NCBI GenBank assembly: GCA_965368975.1
Contig: CBDUPA010000002.1
Coordinates: forward strand, 160,001-224,000
From: an uncultured bacterium
Lineage (GTDB): Bacteria > Acidobacteriota > Thermoanaerobaculia > Multivoradales > JAHZIX01
Direction of reading: 5' to 3'
Length of the DNA stretch: 64,000 nt
Shown: piece by piece, positions 63,820-64,000 of the stretch
Layout of the letters: every line of letters begins with the position of its first letter
How positions within the stretch are numbered: position 1 is the first letter of the stretch
The notes under the pieces: model-generated
The model's database searches: none
What the model saw: only the letters and a program-made list of their open reading frames with translations
What the model was told of the DNA's origin: nothing
Made by a program: the position numbers and the translations under genes

Positions 63820-64000
63820 TCGCTCTCACCCTGCTTTGGCCCATCTTCGGCACACGGCGGCAGTTGCGGCCGTCGCCGATGGTGCCAGCGTAGTCGCAGC
63901 ACGTCGCGCAGCATGACCGCCGAATCGAAGATCGGGTGCACCGTCGACTCCGGCGAATTCTCCCACACCACACCCACCTCGACCACGCGCCGGCCATAGC
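63816..64000 (-). CDS. Polyprenyl-phosphate glycosyltransferase (GT2, dolichyl-phosphate glucosyltransferase-like), 3' fragment
   Basis: Manual translation YGRRVVEVGVVWENSPESTVHPIFDSAVMLRDVLRLRW; GTGA overlap with the sulfatase start. Confidence 0.7.
   Translation of the reverse strand, partial: YGRRVVEVGVVWENSPESTVHPIFDSAVMLRDVLRLRWHHRRRPQLPPCAEDGPKQGESE

Overview
GC-rich bacterial chromosome segment. The gene content (acidobacterial-type VWA protein, TIGR02999-type ECF sigma factor with a Ser/Thr kinase, sulfatase-like lipoprotein) suggests Acidobacteriota, probably Thermoanaerobaculia-like; this is an inference. Most of the window is housekeeping or envelope genes: osmoprotectant ABC transporter, pcnB, sdhCAB, pccB, tldD/pmbA, ychF, an RND efflux system, PBP1B, uvrA, ettA and glycosyltransferases. 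Two accessory signalling loci stand out. (1) 12.9-18.1 kb: a split-borosin RiPP pair, i.e. an OphMA/SonM-type alpha-N-methyltransferase plus an 85-aa SonA-like precursor. It lies directly downstream of a 1197-aa Ser/Thr kinase-STAND ATPase-TPR protein, which suggests a backbone-N-methylated peptide coupled to kinase signalling. (2) 37.9-43.1 kb: an atypical long sigma-like protein, a PemK/MazF-fold-like protein, an ECF sigma factor and a membrane kinase-TPR, convergent with an unannotated 48-aa Thr-rich ORF that has a strong RBS and its own terminator. Also seen: a sigma54 promoter driving an unannotated small ORF or sRNA, a REP element next to a vapBC pair, several apparently leaderless genes, an atypical ClpX-like ATPase and a Thr-type sulfatase-like protein. 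No rRNA, tRNA, CRISPR array or transposase was recognised. All family calls come from motif recognition by eye; no database search was run.
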